The translations under genes and the position numbers were made by a program. A stretch of DNA of 64,000 bases, taken from NCBI GenBank assembly GCA_963843415.1, contig CAWJKD010000002.1, positions 770,400-834,399 of the forward strand, written 5' to 3'. A model generated the notes under the pieces. It worked only from the letters and a program-made list of their open reading frames with translations, searched no databases and was not told where the DNA came from. Positions 36,726 through 45,440 of the stretch are shown here, one piece after another (the first letter of the stretch is position 1; every line of letters starts with the position of its first letter). Source of the stretch: an uncultured Bacteroidota bacterium. Lineage in GTDB: Bacteria; Bacteroidota; Bacteroidia; Bacteroidales; VadinHA17.

Positions 36726-37259
36726 ATGTGGAAGTCAGTAACATTCATAATACTTGTTATTTCAATAGGTTTAATTTCATGCAGGAATAATTCTTCTGCT
36801 GATGATAAAGGTTATATTGTGAAAGTAGGCGAAATGGCTCCTGATTTTACAATTAATGAAGCGGGAGGTAATTCATACAAACTATCTGACCTTAGGGGCA
36901 AGATAGTAATGCTTCAGTTCACAGCCAGCTGGTGCAGTGTCTGCAGGACTGAAATGCCCTTTATTGAAAAGGAGATCTGGCAATTGCATAAGGATTCTGA
37001 TCTGGCAGTGATTGGAATTGACCGTGATGAGCCTGTCGGAACAGTTGCTAAATTTCAGAAAGATATGGCAATTACTTATCCCCTTGCCCTGGATCCCGGA
37101 GCAGAGATCTTTAAACTGTTTGCCATGGAAAAAGCCGGAGTGACACGTAATGTAATCATTGATCGTGAAGGCAAGATCATTTTTCTTACACGCCTCTTTG
37201 ACAGGGAAGAGTTTGACCAGATGAAAAAGAATATTTTTAGCCAGCTTGAGGCAAAATAA
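36726..37259 (+). CDS. TlpA-family thiol:disulfide oxidoreductase (thioredoxin fold)
   Basis: Lipoprotein-type signal (LISC) and active site WCSVC. Confidence 0.85.
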   Translation: MWKSVTFIILVISIGLISCRNNSSADDKGYIVKVGEMAPDFTINEAGGNSYKLSDLRGKIVMLQFTASWCSVCRTEMPFIEKEIWQLHKDSDLAVIGIDRDEPVGTVAKFQKDMAITYPLALDPGAEIFKLFAMEKAGVTRNVIIDREGKIIFLTRLFDREEFDQMKKNIFSQLEAK

Positions 37260-37409
37260 AACATATCAATGCCTCGTTTATCATTTAATTGTCATTAAAA
37301 AAGTTGCGGAAGAGTGCAACCTTTAAGGGACTTTATCCGTTATATACTATGATGTTTGCAATTATTAAACTTGAAACTAATTGATTTAATGAAACTTAAA
37401 CTTTAAATT

Positions 37410-38045
37410 ATGAAAAAACTACTGGTCTTTGTATTAACAGTATTTATCTCATTACCTGTTATTTCCCAGATAAATTTCGGAGTAAAGCTGGGAGTAAATA
37501 CTTCTTCAATCACAATGGCTGATGCTAAAACTATCACCTCTGGTTCAACATCTTATCTGGTAGAAAAAGCAAAAGGGGCTAATTACGGTATTCATGGAGG
37601 TCTGTTTCTGAGAGTGAAAATCTCGAAGTTTTATATTCAGCCGGAAGTGCTTCTGGCAACGGGCTCAAACGAATATACTGTGACAAACGTCGGAACCCAG
37701 ATTGATTCAATTAAAGTACAGAATTTCAATAAGCTTGAAATACCGGTCATGTTAGGTTTTAAATTTGGGCCGGTCAGAATAAATGCTGGGCCCTCCGCAT
37801 CTTTGATGCTTAATTCTCCGGCAGATCTCATAAAAGATCCTGATTTTAAAACAATGTATTCAAATATGTCATTTGGCTATCAGGCAGGTGTGGGTTTGGA
37901 TCTGCTGAATAAACTTACTATCGATCTGAGATATGGCGGAAGCCTCAAGAAATATCAAAATTCAATTGAAACTGCAGTAGGCGAAGAAGTTAATCTGGAT
38001 GACAGACCTAATTCATTCCTTCTCAGTGTTGGTATAATATTCTGA
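37410..38045 (+). CDS. outer-membrane beta-barrel (porin-family) protein
   Basis: Signal peptide, alternating beta-strand pattern, and a terminal aromatic residue (GIIF). Confidence 0.65.
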   Translation: MKKLLVFVLTVFISLPVISQINFGVKLGVNTSSITMADAKTITSGSTSYLVEKAKGANYGIHGGLFLRVKISKFYIQPEVLLATGSNEYTVTNVGTQIDSIKVQNFNKLEIPVMLGFKFGPVRINAGPSASLMLNSPADLIKDPDFKTMYSNMSFGYQAGVGLDLLNKLTIDLRYGGSLKKYQNSIETAVGEEVNLDDRPNSFLLSVGIIF

Positions 38046-38069
38046 AATTGGATGGCTTGATTAAGGCTT

Positions 38070-38106
38070 AGGCGTAGTCTGAAACTACGCCTTTCTTTTT
38101 TATTTT
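38070..38106 (+). terminator. rho-independent terminator (aggcgtagt ctgaa actacgcct + ttcttttttatttt)
   Basis: A 9-bp perfect stem followed by a T-run, 25 nt after the OMP stop codon. Confidence 0.75.
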
Positions 38107-38489
38107 GAGAGCAGCATCTTTGCTGCCATGAGAAGAAGAAGTACTCCAAATATCTTCTTGAGAACCGACTGTGGAAGTGTAAGAGCATATTTCGAACCGA
38201 AATATGAACCTATTATGAAAGCGGCCGCCAGAATAATGGCAAATTTAATATTTGCCTGTCCCGCCTTCCAGTAGTTATAAGCTGCAAAAATCCCTATCGG
38301 TGGAAGCATAACTGCCAGGCTTGTACCCTGGGCCATCTGCTGGTTGAATCCCATTAAAAAAACAAGCGCAGGTATCATTATGATTGCTCCGCCGATGCCA
38401 AGCATCCCGGCCATTATTCCTGTGACAGCACCTATAAGCAGTAGAATGAGTAAAGTTGTGACAGACATATCAGTAGTTTTTTGATTCAA
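38100..38489 (-). CDS. half-size TauE/SafE (TSUP) family membrane protein
   Basis: Four TM segments with GIGGAIIMIPALVF and a GTSLA motif. At 129 aa it is about half the usual TSUP length. Confidence 0.65.
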   Translation of the reverse strand: MNQKTTDMSVTTLLILLLIGAVTGIMAGMLGIGGAIIMIPALVFLMGFNQQMAQGTSLAVMLPPIGIFAAYNYWKAGQANIKFAIILAAAFIIGSYFGSKYALTLPQSVLKKIFGVLLLLMAAKMLLSK

Positions 38490-38572
38490 TTTAATTCATT
38501 ATCTGGACATAAAAATATGAATAAAACTGCACAAAGCCGCAATTTATATTATCGGCTTTAATTGATAATACT

Positions 38573-38604
38573 GCATGATTCCATGATTGAATGATTGATA
38601 ATGC
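38573..38604. repeat. four degenerate tandem 8-bp units (gcatgatt ccatgatt gaatgatt gataatgc)
   Basis: Read directly from the sequence, in the divergent spacer between the TSUP gene and mltG. Confidence 0.75.
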
Positions 38605-38606
38605 AT

Positions 38607-38637
38607 TTTGTACTTTTTAACAATATGAGTAAATTTG
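38607..38637 (+). promoter_or_regulatory. candidate Bacteroidota promoter for mltG (-33 TTTG, 19-nt spacer, -7 TAAATTTG)
   Basis: TTTG at 38607-38610 and TAnnTTTG at 38630-38637, 18 nt upstream of the ATG. Confidence 0.5.
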
Positions 38638-38655
38638 CCCTTCTATTGAAAGAAT

Positions 38656-39687
38656 ATGAATAGTAAAAAAACTATTTCCTTAATTGCATTTTTAGTATTA
38701 GTTATCTCTCTCTGTTTATTCTTTGGATACAGACTAATATTCGGGCTTAACCTTAAAACAAGCGGAGAAAAGATAACATTGTTTCTTCCTGAAGGATCAA
38801 ATTATGGCCAGGCTATGGACACAATAAAAGCTCACTTTCAAATTCCGCATCCGGGAGCTTTTGAGTGGATCGCTGAGAGGAAAAACTATTCCCAGAATGT
38901 AAAATCCGGACGGTATGTTATTGAGAAAGATCAGAGTTATATTGGTTTAATAGACCTGTTGCGGGCAGGTCGGCAGACACCAGTGAATGTCACTTTCAAT
39001 AATATAAGATATCTGAGCGATCTTGCAGGCAGGATTGGTGGCAGGATTGAAGCCGATTCTGCAGAAATAATGCAATTTCTGACAGACCCTGGAAATTATG
39101 CGGATGACGGTTTTACTTATGAAAACATTATATCTGTTTTTCTTCCAAATACTTATCAGTTATTCTGGAATACTTCGGCAAAAGAGCTCTACACAAGGAT
39201 GTTAAGAGAGTACAGAAAATTCTGGAACGAAGAGAGACTGGCAAAGGCAAAGGGAAAAAACCTTGATCCGCTGGAAGTTGCGATCCTGGCTTCAATAATT
39301 GACGATGAAGTTGTAAAACCTATTGAAAAACCAAGAATTGCAGGAGTTTACCTTAACAGATTGAAAAGGGGTATCGCATTACAGGCCTGTCCTACTATCA
39401 AATTTGCTTTGAATGATTTTACAATTACAAGGGTATTGACAAAACACCTTGTGATTGATTCACCTTACAATACCTATAAACATAACGGTTTTCCTCCGGG
39501 ACCAATCGGATGCCCTACAATTGAAGGAATAGATGCTGTTCTTAATGCTGAAAAGCACGATTACCTCTTTTTTGCTGCAAAGGCTGATTTCTCAGGTTAT
39601 CATAATTTCTCAAGGACGCTGTCTGAACACAACAGGTATGCCGCCGAATATCAGCGTGAACTTAATAAGAGGAGGATATATAAATGA
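38656..39687 (+). CDS. mltG: endolytic murein transglycosylase (YceG family)
   Basis: N-terminal TM anchor. YceG blocks ILASIIDDE, DSPYNTY and PPGPI. Confidence 0.9.
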   Translation: MNSKKTISLIAFLVLVISLCLFFGYRLIFGLNLKTSGEKITLFLPEGSNYGQAMDTIKAHFQIPHPGAFEWIAERKNYSQNVKSGRYVIEKDQSYIGLIDLLRAGRQTPVNVTFNNIRYLSDLAGRIGGRIEADSAEIMQFLTDPGNYADDGFTYENIISVFLPNTYQLFWNTSAKELYTRMLREYRKFWNEERLAKAKGKNLDPLEVAILASIIDDEVVKPIEKPRIAGVYLNRLKRGIALQACPTIKFALNDFTITRVLTKHLVIDSPYNTYKHNGFPPGPIGCPTIEGIDAVLNAEKHDYLFFAAKADFSGYHNFSRTLSEHNRYAAEYQRELNKRRIYK

Positions 39688-39696
39688 ATTTTAAGT

Positions 39697-40716
39697 TCAG
39701 GGAGTCCCTATCACTTCAACTTCCTTCTCCAGTCCGATGCCGAACTTCTCAAAAACCGATTTCCTGATCTGTTCTGACAGATCCAGTATATCCCTGCCTG
39801 AAGCTTTTCCGTAGTTCACAAGTACCAGTGCCTGTTTATCATGCACTCCGGCATCCCCAATCCTTTTCCCCTTCCAGCCGCAATACTCAATAAGCCATGC
39901 TGCAGCCAGCTTAATACCTCCGGAAGGATCATTATAACAGCAGATCCCCGGAAATCTTTTTTTGAGTCTTTCTGCAAAATCAGAGGTGACAACCGGATTC
40001 TTAAAAAAGCTCCCTGCATTACCAATCACTTCAGGATCAGGCAATTTGTTTCTCCTGATATTAATAACTGCCTGCCTTGCATTTGTAAGCGTGTTCTTCC
40101 CCAGTCTCATGACCTCATCCTTAAGAGATCCATATTCAAGGTTTAGCAACGGATTTACCGAAAGTTTAAAATATACTCTGGTCACAAGAAATTTCCCTTT
40201 CTGTGTTGTTTTGAAAATGCTGCTCCTGTATCCAAATTTGCACTCTTCTTTGTTAAAAATCCTGACTGAACCGTCTCTTACGGAAATAGTCTTTAATTTA
40301 TAAATAGTATCTTTCACTTCAGTACCATAGGCTCCTATATTTTGAACCGCTGCAGCTCCTGTGAAACCGGGTATCAGGGAAAGATTTTCTAATCCGCCAA
40401 AACCCCTGTTCACGGTCCATTCGACTAACTTGTCCCATATTATGCCGGCACCTGCCGAAATAATTACCGTATCATTATCTTGATTCCCGATCTTTATCCC
40501 TCTGTATTCGGGACGGATAATTGTCCCTTTAAAGTCGTTGGTAAACAGAACATTGCTCCCCTCACCCAGTATCAACAATGGCTTTTTTAATGAGGTACCT
40601 CCTTTAAAAAGTGCAATTGCTTCTTTATCAGTCCTGATATGTACTATACTATTAGCCATGTAATCAAGTCCGAAAGTATTATAAAATTTCAGAGATGTAT
40701 TTTTGCGGATGAGCAT
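39697..40716 (-). CDS. murB: UDP-N-acetylenolpyruvoylglucosamine reductase
   Basis: NTFGL start, FAD-binding block ILGEGSNVLF, and GNAGSFFKNP, typical of MurB. Confidence 0.9.
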   Translation of the reverse strand: MLIRKNTSLKFYNTFGLDYMANSIVHIRTDKEAIALFKGGTSLKKPLLILGEGSNVLFTNDFKGTIIRPEYRGIKIGNQDNDTVIISAGAGIIWDKLVEWTVNRGFGGLENLSLIPGFTGAAAVQNIGAYGTEVKDTIYKLKTISVRDGSVRIFNKEECKFGYRSSIFKTTQKGKFLVTRVYFKLSVNPLLNLEYGSLKDEVMRLGKNTLTNARQAVINIRRNKLPDPEVIGNAGSFFKNPVVTSDFAERLKKRFPGICCYNDPSGGIKLAAAWLIEYCGWKGKRIGDAGVHDKQALVLVNYGKASGRDILDLSEQIRKSVFEKFGIGLEKEVEVIGTP

Positions 40717-40797
40717 CCCGTTTTTTTGTAAAAGTAGAAATTTCTGTCATTCTTTATCATTTACATTACAGCCAATCCTGGCTTCCGCTTCTCAAAG

Positions 40798-40825
40798 CCC
40801 GACGCCAGACACCCGATGCCTTGTT
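40798..40825. repeat. four degenerate tandem 7-bp units (cccgacg ccagaca cccgatg ccttgtt)
   Basis: Read directly from the sequence, in the murB/glycosyltransferase divergent spacer. Confidence 0.6.
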
Positions 40826-40845
40826 TTTTTTCATACTTTTGATAT

Positions 40846-41985
40846 ATGCTATTGAATCATAAACGGCGTGCCGCATTCTCAGTAACAAACTGCATCTGCT
40901 TTGACCAGCGTGTATTAAAAATCTCTGAAACGGTAAGCAAGCTTGATATTGAGATCACCATTATAGGAAGAAAGCTTGGCGAATGCTGCGGTAAGAACGC
41001 TGTTCCATTCAGGACAAAGCGGTTCAATATGATATTCAGGAAGGGATTTATTTTCTATAGTTCAATTAATCTGCGGCTTTTCTTTTATCTGCTTTTGCAC
41101 AGGTTCGATATACTGGTAGCCAATGATCTGGATACTTTGCTTCCTAATTACCTCGTCTCAAAGCTTAAACACCTGCCTCTTGTATATGATTCACATGAAT
41201 ATTTTACCGGCGTTCCGGAACTGACCGGGAGGCCTTTTGTAAAATGGGTTTGGAAAACAATTGAGAGATCAATATTCCCCCATCTTAAATATGTAATGAC
41301 TGTAAGCGACTCAGTAGCAGCACAATATGAGAATGAATACAATTTTAAGCCTGCAGTGGTAAGGAACTGCTCAAAACAATCTGGTTCAATCAGAGGTTTT
41401 TCCCGGCAGGAACTTAAAATTAATGGACATGATCTGCTGCTCGTATTTCAGGGTGGTGGCATTCATATGGATAAAGGAGGAGAGGAGCTTGTCGAAGCTA
41501 TACACCGGACAGAAAATGTGTCGCTGATTATAGTTGGTTCCGGAGATATCCTTCATGTTCTGAAAAAAATGGTAGCTGACAGACACCTTTCCCAACGTGT
41601 AAGATTTATTCCTAAAGTACAATGGGAGGAGCTGATCAGATATACTAAATCGGCAGATGCAGGAATGTGTCTTGAGAAAGATACTAACCTGAATTACAGA
41701 TTCAGCATTCCGAATAAACTTTTCGATTATATCTCAGCCGGGATTCCAGTTATTACAGGTACCCTGCCTGAAATAAAAAAAATAGTTGAAGAGAATGGTT
41801 TCGGTTTAATTATTCCCGATATTACACCAGAAGAGATCATCTGTGCCATAATAAAACTAAGGGATAATCCGGATATACTGAAAGAACTGAAAAAGAATTC
41901 GATCAGAGCTTCAAAAATATTGAACTGGGAAAATGAAAGCAAAAAGGTAACAAATTTCTATCAAAATATTTTGAATGTAATTTAA
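40846..41985 (+). CDS. glycosyltransferase, GT4 (GT-B fold) family
   Basis: The C-terminal half carries the E-x7-E-like region (PNKLFDYISAGIPVI) typical of GT4 enzymes. Confidence 0.8.
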   Translation: MLLNHKRRAAFSVTNCICFDQRVLKISETVSKLDIEITIIGRKLGECCGKNAVPFRTKRFNMIFRKGFIFYSSINLRLFFYLLLHRFDILVANDLDTLLPNYLVSKLKHLPLVYDSHEYFTGVPELTGRPFVKWVWKTIERSIFPHLKYVMTVSDSVAAQYENEYNFKPAVVRNCSKQSGSIRGFSRQELKINGHDLLLVFQGGGIHMDKGGEELVEAIHRTENVSLIIVGSGDILHVLKKMVADRHLSQRVRFIPKVQWEELIRYTKSADAGMCLEKDTNLNYRFSIPNKLFDYISAGIPVITGTLPEIKKIVEENGFGLIIPDITPEEIICAIIKLRDNPDILKELKKNSIRASKILNWENESKKVTNFYQNILNVI

Positions 41986-41988
41986 TGT

Positions 41989-42021
41989 TTCTCTGTAGTT
42001 CTCTGTGTCTTCTCTGGGTAG
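41989..42021 (+). repeat. three tandem 10-12 bp units sharing TTCTCTG (ttctctgtag ttctctgtgtc ttctctgggtag)
   Basis: Begins 4 nt after the glycosyltransferase stop codon. It shares the ctctgtg heptamer with the element at 22841-22884. Confidence 0.8.
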
Positions 42022-42092
42022 TTTCATATATTTAATAAAACATTAATTTGCGTTGAATACAACCTTAAAATAAATTTTTTTAAAGAAAGAGT

Positions 42093-43583
42093 ATGAAAAG
42101 CAACCGTCGCGATTTTTTGAAGACAGCATCTTTTGCAGGTGCAGGAGCTATGACAAGTGGGTTATTATCTGGCTGTAATTCAAATAAAGTAATTGAATCG
42201 AACCTTTCAGGAATTTTGGAATCGGTAAAGAAGGTTCATACAAAGAGTTTTAATATGTCGGGGTATGCAGCTGCCGCAATACCGGTGGTGAAGATTGGCC
42301 TTATAGGTCTTGGAAACCGGGGAAGTGGAGCAGTAGAAAGACTCAGTAAGATTGAAGGTGTCGAAATAAGAGCATTGGGAGATAAACGGGAGGTTGCAGT
42401 AAAAGAATCGCAGAAATACCTGAATAGTATAGGCAGACAAGCAGCTCAGGAGTTCTTTGGTGCAGAAGATATCTGGAAAAAGCTTGTAGAATGGCCGGAT
42501 CTTGACTTGATCTATATCTGCACCCCCTGGATTTTACATACTCCTATGTCTGTTTATGCCATGGAAAATGGTAAGCATGTGGCATGTGAAGTGCCAATAT
42601 CAAGAACAGTTGACGAATCCTGGCAGCTTGTTGAGACATCTGAGAGATCGAAGAAACATTGTATGATGCTTGAAAACTGCTGTTATGATTTCTTTGAACT
42701 GCTTACACTTAATATGGCACGTCAGGGTATGTTTGGAGATCTTATTCACGGTGAAGGCGCTTATATTCATAATCTTATGGGATTGAATTTCAACAAGCCT
42801 GATGACAGCCTGCAAAATGATAATGGTTATACAGATATGTGGAGACTCCGGGAAAATGCATCCAGAAATGGTAATCTTTATCCTACGCATGGTCTGGGAC
42901 CGGTTTGCCAGACCATGAATATAAACAGAGGCGATAAAATGGAATATCTGTCATCTGTGTCAAGTAACGATTTTTCTATGGCTAAACATGCTAATGAGCT
43001 TGTAGCAGCGGATTCATTTTATACAGAATTTTCTGACAAGAATTACCGTGGTAATATTAACACCACCATTATAAGAACATACCTCGGCAGAACAATAATA
43101 ATCCAGCACGATGTATCGTCGACACAGCCATATTCAAGGATCCATCTTGTTAAGGGCACAAAAGGGATGGCAGTTAAGTATCCGCAGCCACTTATTGCTA
43201 TTGGAGAGAGCTGGTTTAAAGAAGATGAAATGAAGCTTCTTGAGCAGGAGCATACACCTGAAATTATCAAAAGGGTGGGTGATCTGGCAAAACAGGTCGG
43301 TGGTCATGGCGGAATGGACTTTATTATGGATTGGCGTCTTATCGACTGTCTCAGAAACGGATTACCCGTAGATCAGGATGTTTATGACGGCGCTCTGTGG
43401 AGTTCAATTGCCCCACTCAGTGAATGGTCAGTTGCGAACAGATCGCAGTCAATTGAAATCCCTGATTTTACTAACGGATCATGGAAAGCAAATAAACCCC
43501 ACGAAATAAACCTTGAAACAGGCGGAACAACAAAAGTACTTGAAGTCAAGGAGATTAAGTCGGAGCTTCAGATGACTGTATAA
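42093..43583 (+). CDS. Tat-signal Gfo/Idh/MocA-family NAD-dependent enzyme, GH109-like
   Basis: Twin-arginine signal NRRDFLKTASFAGAGA. Rossmann start KIGLIGLGNRGS. The size and layout are like the NAD-dependent GH109 glycosidases. Confidence 0.75.
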   Translation: MKSNRRDFLKTASFAGAGAMTSGLLSGCNSNKVIESNLSGILESVKKVHTKSFNMSGYAAAAIPVVKIGLIGLGNRGSGAVERLSKIEGVEIRALGDKREVAVKESQKYLNSIGRQAAQEFFGAEDIWKKLVEWPDLDLIYICTPWILHTPMSVYAMENGKHVACEVPISRTVDESWQLVETSERSKKHCMMLENCCYDFFELLTLNMARQGMFGDLIHGEGAYIHNLMGLNFNKPDDSLQNDNGYTDMWRLRENASRNGNLYPTHGLGPVCQTMNINRGDKMEYLSSVSSNDFSMAKHANELVAADSFYTEFSDKNYRGNINTTIIRTYLGRTIIIQHDVSSTQPYSRIHLVKGTKGMAVKYPQPLIAIGESWFKEDEMKLLEQEHTPEIIKRVGDLAKQVGGHGGMDFIMDWRLIDCLRNGLPVDQDVYDGALWSSIAPLSEWSVANRSQSIEIPDFTNGSWKANKPHEINLETGGTTKVLEVKEIKSELQMTV

Positions 43584-43604
43584 TGTTTTCTGTTTTCCGT
43601 TTCG
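43584..43604 (+). repeat. three tandem 7-bp units (tgttttc tgttttc cgtttcg) directly after the stop codon
   Basis: Read directly from the sequence. It starts at the base after the TAA at 43581-43583. Confidence 0.65.
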
Positions 43605-43628
43605 CGATATTGACTGAACGCGGAATGT

Positions 43629-45317
43629 CTAATAGCCGGCTGCCTGACCATCTTTCCGTGATTCGGATGCTCCATACCATACTTTGTTCTTTTCATCGCG
43701 CATTATGGCCTGATATCCGCCATAACCTCCAAGATTCCATTGTATTGTATGGCCCATAACCATTAGTTTCTGAATAACATCCGTATGAAAACCGCTTTCC
43801 AGATGAAGGATCCCTCCATCTGTCATCCCCTGGCCTGTCGGTTCTGATGAACCGGTATGATAAATTCTGGGAGCATCGCCGGCCTCCTGCAGATTCATTT
43901 TAAAATCGATAAGGTTAACAACTATCTGGGCATGCCCCTGCGGCTGAAGATCACCACCCATAACCCCAAAACTAATATAGGGTTTTTTGTCTTTAGTAAT
44001 GAACGCCGGAATAATAGTATGGAATGGTCTTTTCCCCGGTGCATAGACATTAGCATGTCCCTGCGACAGACTGAACATCTCACCACGATCCTGCAATATA
44101 AATCCGAGTCCCGTGGGGCACATACCTGATCCCAGGCCCCTGTAATTACTCTGAATAAGGGAAACCATATTTCCATATTTGTCGGCAACCGTCAGATAGA
44201 TTGTATTTCCGGCTTCAATTACACCTGCGTCATAAATTCTTGCAGCCTTATCAGGATTAATAAGCTTGCGTCTTTCTGCTGCATACTTTTTTGAAATAAG
44301 TTGTGCGACAGGGACTTCCGCGAAAAGCGGATCAGTGTAATATTTTGCCCGGTCCTCAAAAGCAAGCTTTTTAGCTTCAGTGAATGTGTGAATATATTCT
44401 GTCGATCCAAATCCCATTTCTGCAATATCAAAACCTTCAAGAATATTTAGTATCTGAAGGGCAGCTATCCCCTGTCCGTTTGGAGGCAATTCCCAGACCT
44501 CATAGCCCCTGTAATTAGTACTTACGGGTTCAACCCATTCTGAATGATGACGCGCCAGGTCGTCATAAGTAAGAAATCCTTCCTGCTTTTTCATGAATGC
44601 TGCAATGTCTCTTGCAATGCTTCCCCGGTAAAATTCATTTCTTCCCCCCTTAATAATTTTCTCAAGAGTATTTGCCAGTAAAGGATTCCTGAATATTTCT
44701 CCTTTTGCCGGAGCTTTACCTCCGGGCATATATACAGCTTTGATATTCGGAAAATCTATTAATCTCTTTGTGCCACTTTCGAGATAGAAAGCAATTAATT
44801 CTGTCACAGGGAATCCTTCCCTGGCATAGTTAACTGCCGGTTGAAGAATATCTTTCATCGGAAGCCTGCCAAACATCTCGTGCATCTCGTACCATCCGTC
44901 GACGCATCCTGGTACGGATACCGGCAATGGTCCGTATGGAGGGATGAACTCATACCCTTTTTCCTTAAGGTACTCAAGTCTGAGTGAGCGGGGCGATCTG
45001 CCGCTTGCATTTAATCCGTACAATTTCCCTTTATCAGCACTCCAGATAATTGCGAAAAGATCTCCTCCAATTCCGCAACCTGTAGGTTCTACAACGCCAA
45101 GAACAGCGTTTGCTGCGATCGCTGCATCAATAGCGTTTCCCCCTCGCTTCAGAATATCAAGAGCAACCTGTGTGGCCAGCGGCTGACTTGTAGCAGCCAT
45201 TCCGTTGCTGGCGATAACCTCCGACCTAGTGGCAAAATCGTACCCGGTAACTCGATCCTGGGAAAATCCGGCGACGGTGATCAGGAATGCAATTAACAAG
45301 GATAGTCTCCTTTTCAT
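43629..45317 (-). CDS. ggt: gamma-glutamyltransferase
   Basis: Signal peptide, N-terminal GGNAIDAAIA block, autoprocessing region GNTIYLTVADKYGNMVS, and GGDLQPQ block. Confidence 0.9.
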   Translation of the reverse strand: MKRRLSLLIAFLITVAGFSQDRVTGYDFATRSEVIASNGMAATSQPLATQVALDILKRGGNAIDAAIAANAVLGVVEPTGCGIGGDLFAIIWSADKGKLYGLNASGRSPRSLRLEYLKEKGYEFIPPYGPLPVSVPGCVDGWYEMHEMFGRLPMKDILQPAVNYAREGFPVTELIAFYLESGTKRLIDFPNIKAVYMPGGKAPAKGEIFRNPLLANTLEKIIKGGRNEFYRGSIARDIAAFMKKQEGFLTYDDLARHHSEWVEPVSTNYRGYEVWELPPNGQGIAALQILNILEGFDIAEMGFGSTEYIHTFTEAKKLAFEDRAKYYTDPLFAEVPVAQLISKKYAAERRKLINPDKAARIYDAGVIEAGNTIYLTVADKYGNMVSLIQSNYRGLGSGMCPTGLGFILQDRGEMFSLSQGHANVYAPGKRPFHTIIPAFITKDKKPYISFGVMGGDLQPQGHAQIVVNLIDFKMNLQEAGDAPRIYHTGSSEPTGQGMTDGGILHLESGFHTDVIQKLMVMGHTIQWNLGGYGGYQAIMRDEKNKVWYGASESRKDGQAAGY

Positions 45318-45440
45318 CTCATTTAGGATTAAAATACAAAGGTAAAAAAACCGTGGTGACTATTTGGCCATAGCCCTGGTTTTTAATTCTGCCGGCATTT
45401 TTTCAATTGTGTATCTCAGTGATGTCAGCGGCATTGTCGA

